DNA of 64,000 nt from assembly GCF_001447785.1 (NCBI RefSeq), contig NW_015160330.1:1-64000 (forward strand), given 5' to 3'. Position 1 is the stretch's first letter. Every line of letters starts with the position of its first letter. The translations under genes were made by a program, and so were the position numbers. The stretch is from Gekko japonicus (lineage: Eukaryota). Positions 62,176-64,000 of the stretch are shown here, piece by piece. The notes under the pieces were generated by a model, which was not told where the DNA came from, made no database searches, and saw nothing but the letters and a program-made list of their open reading frames with translations.

Positions 62176-63759
62176 GCCACAACCCCAAACCAGTTCAGAG
62201 ATCCCTCGTACCTGCTTTTTAACAGGGCAGGAAATGAGGGGGAGACCAGTTACAAATCTTCCCTGTAGTGGCATAGCTGTTTTTGACCTGGTGAAGAAAG
62301 CAGAGACTGGAATTTGTAACTCATTTCCCCTCCAGCATCTTCCTACTTCTGGAGTATAAAGTTTTTCCAGCTGTTGGTTCCCACCTCAATACTGAGCTCC
62401 AGCAACTGGCTCCAACCCCCCCACCCCCCCATGGGAATGTGTAGTAGGAAATGTGTGCGTGGCCCTGCACTGGCCCTTCCTCTCAGTGCAGACGCCTGTG
62501 AAGACCCCACTCAGTTCCTGCACCTCGCCCTCTCTATCCGTTATAATTCTGGGAGATCTCCAGGCCCACGGGGGGNNNNNNNNNNNNNNNNNNNNNNNNN
62601 NNNNNNNNNNNNNNNNNNNNNNNNNNNNNNNNNNNNNNNNNNNNNNNNNNNNNNNNNNNNNNNNNNNNNNNNNNNNNNNNNNNNNNNNNNNNNNNNNNNN
62701 NNNNNNNNNNNNNNNNNNNNNNNNNNNNNNNNNNNNNNNNNNNNNNNNNNNNNNNNNNNNNNNNNNNNNNNNNNNNNNNNNNNNNNNNNNNNNNNNNNNN
62801 NNNNNNNNAGGAGGAGGAGGAGGAGGAGGAGGAGGAGATTGGATTTATACCTCGCCCTTCACTACGCAAAGGAGTCTCAGAGCGGCTTACAAACTCCTTT
62901 CCCTTCCCCCTCCCCACAACAGACACCCTGTGAGGCAGGTGGGGCTGAGAGAACTCTTGACAGAAACTGCTCTTTTTTCAAGGACAGCTCTTATCAGAAA
63001 TATGGCTTGCCCAAGGTCATTCATCCAGGTGCAAGAGGAGGGAGTGGGGAATCAAGCCCGGTTCTCCCAGATTAGAGTCCGCGCACTTCACCACGACACC
63101 AAGCTGGGTCTCAAACAGCTCTTAACCACTACAGCAAACTGGCTCTCTGCATGTTCCTTTACAATTTTTTTTTTAAAACCTCGCTAAATCAAGAAGGAGG
63201 AAAGATACTAAATCGGGAAAGTCTCCGAGCCCGAGCCCGGGCAATGGGGGAAGACAGAAAAAGCAGAGTCCATTTAGTTGGGCCAAACTTACCAGGCCTG
63301 AACGAGGAGGCAGACAGCCCTTTGTGGGGTCTTGGCCACATTAATCCTTGGATGGGGCATCCGCGCAGTGTCCACCTCTTACCTGTGCAGAGGACAACCT
63401 TTATCAATTCCTCTCCCCGGCCCCGGACGCCCTGGTGACCAACGGTGGTGTCCTCCTCACTCAGTTGCCAGAAGTCTCATGAGAGCAACAAAGGCTGGTG
63501 GGACGTCATGAGTGGCCAGAAATCTCCAGAGCCCCTAAGTAGCCGTCTCTGCAGCATTGCTTGTCCCCTTGGAGCAAAAGCCTGGAGGAGAACCTATTTT
63601 GGGTACCACATTTGCCGCGTCAGTCTCCAAAGGGTGGCCGGGAGGCAGGAAGCTGGAAGAGTGCCTCCTTTGACTAGCACAGTAGCCGGCCACCTTTTGT
63701 CCAGCAATAGAAATGTCGCAATAAAGGGCTGTCGTCGCTTCAACTGTATTTTTAATTGC

Positions 63760-64000
63760 CCAGATGTTTTAATGCACCTGTACAAATCAATGGTGCGACC
63801 TCATTTGGAGTACTGTGTACAGTTCTGGTCACCAAACCTCAGAAAGGATATTATAGTGTTGGAAAAAGTGCAGAAAAGGGCAATTAGAGTGATCAAAGGG
63901 TTGGAACCCTTTCCCTATGAAGAAAAGTGGAAAGCGCTTAGGGCTCTTTAGCTTGGAGAAACGACGGCCGAGGGGTGACATGATCGAGGTTTATAAGATT
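63760..64000 (+). mobile_element. CR1 ORF2 fragment (runs off the window)
   Basis: [27 protein letters not shown]. Confidence 0.88.

Overview
Vertebrate genomic DNA, almost certainly squamate and probably gecko (abundant Squam3-type tRNA SINEs, Sauria SINEs, CR1/L2/L1 remnants), from a draft assembly with several N gaps. It holds a class I olfactory receptor cluster of five intact single-exon GPCR ORFs (three OR52-like, two OR51-like). Embedded in the cluster is the housekeeping gene RPS11: coding exons 3-5 are visible, and exons 1-2 are not found (probably in the gap at 22120-22238). RPS11 introns 2, 3 and 4 each carry a SNORD35/U35-family box C/D snoRNA. The intergenic DNA is dense with transposons, many with readable TIRs and TSDs: several hAT MITE families, Harbinger-like MITEs, a solo LTR and Penelope remnants with minimal hammerhead ribozymes. 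Most notable are a ~2 kb TIR element with CACT ends and a 7-bp TSD (P/Galileo-like signature), an intact-looking hammerhead at 777-822, a divergent third U35 copy with a possible second rRNA guide, and tandem arrays built from CR1 3' ends and from a 5S-derived SINE. Family names and reference sequences are from memory; no searches were run. Repeat boundaries without a TSD are approximate.
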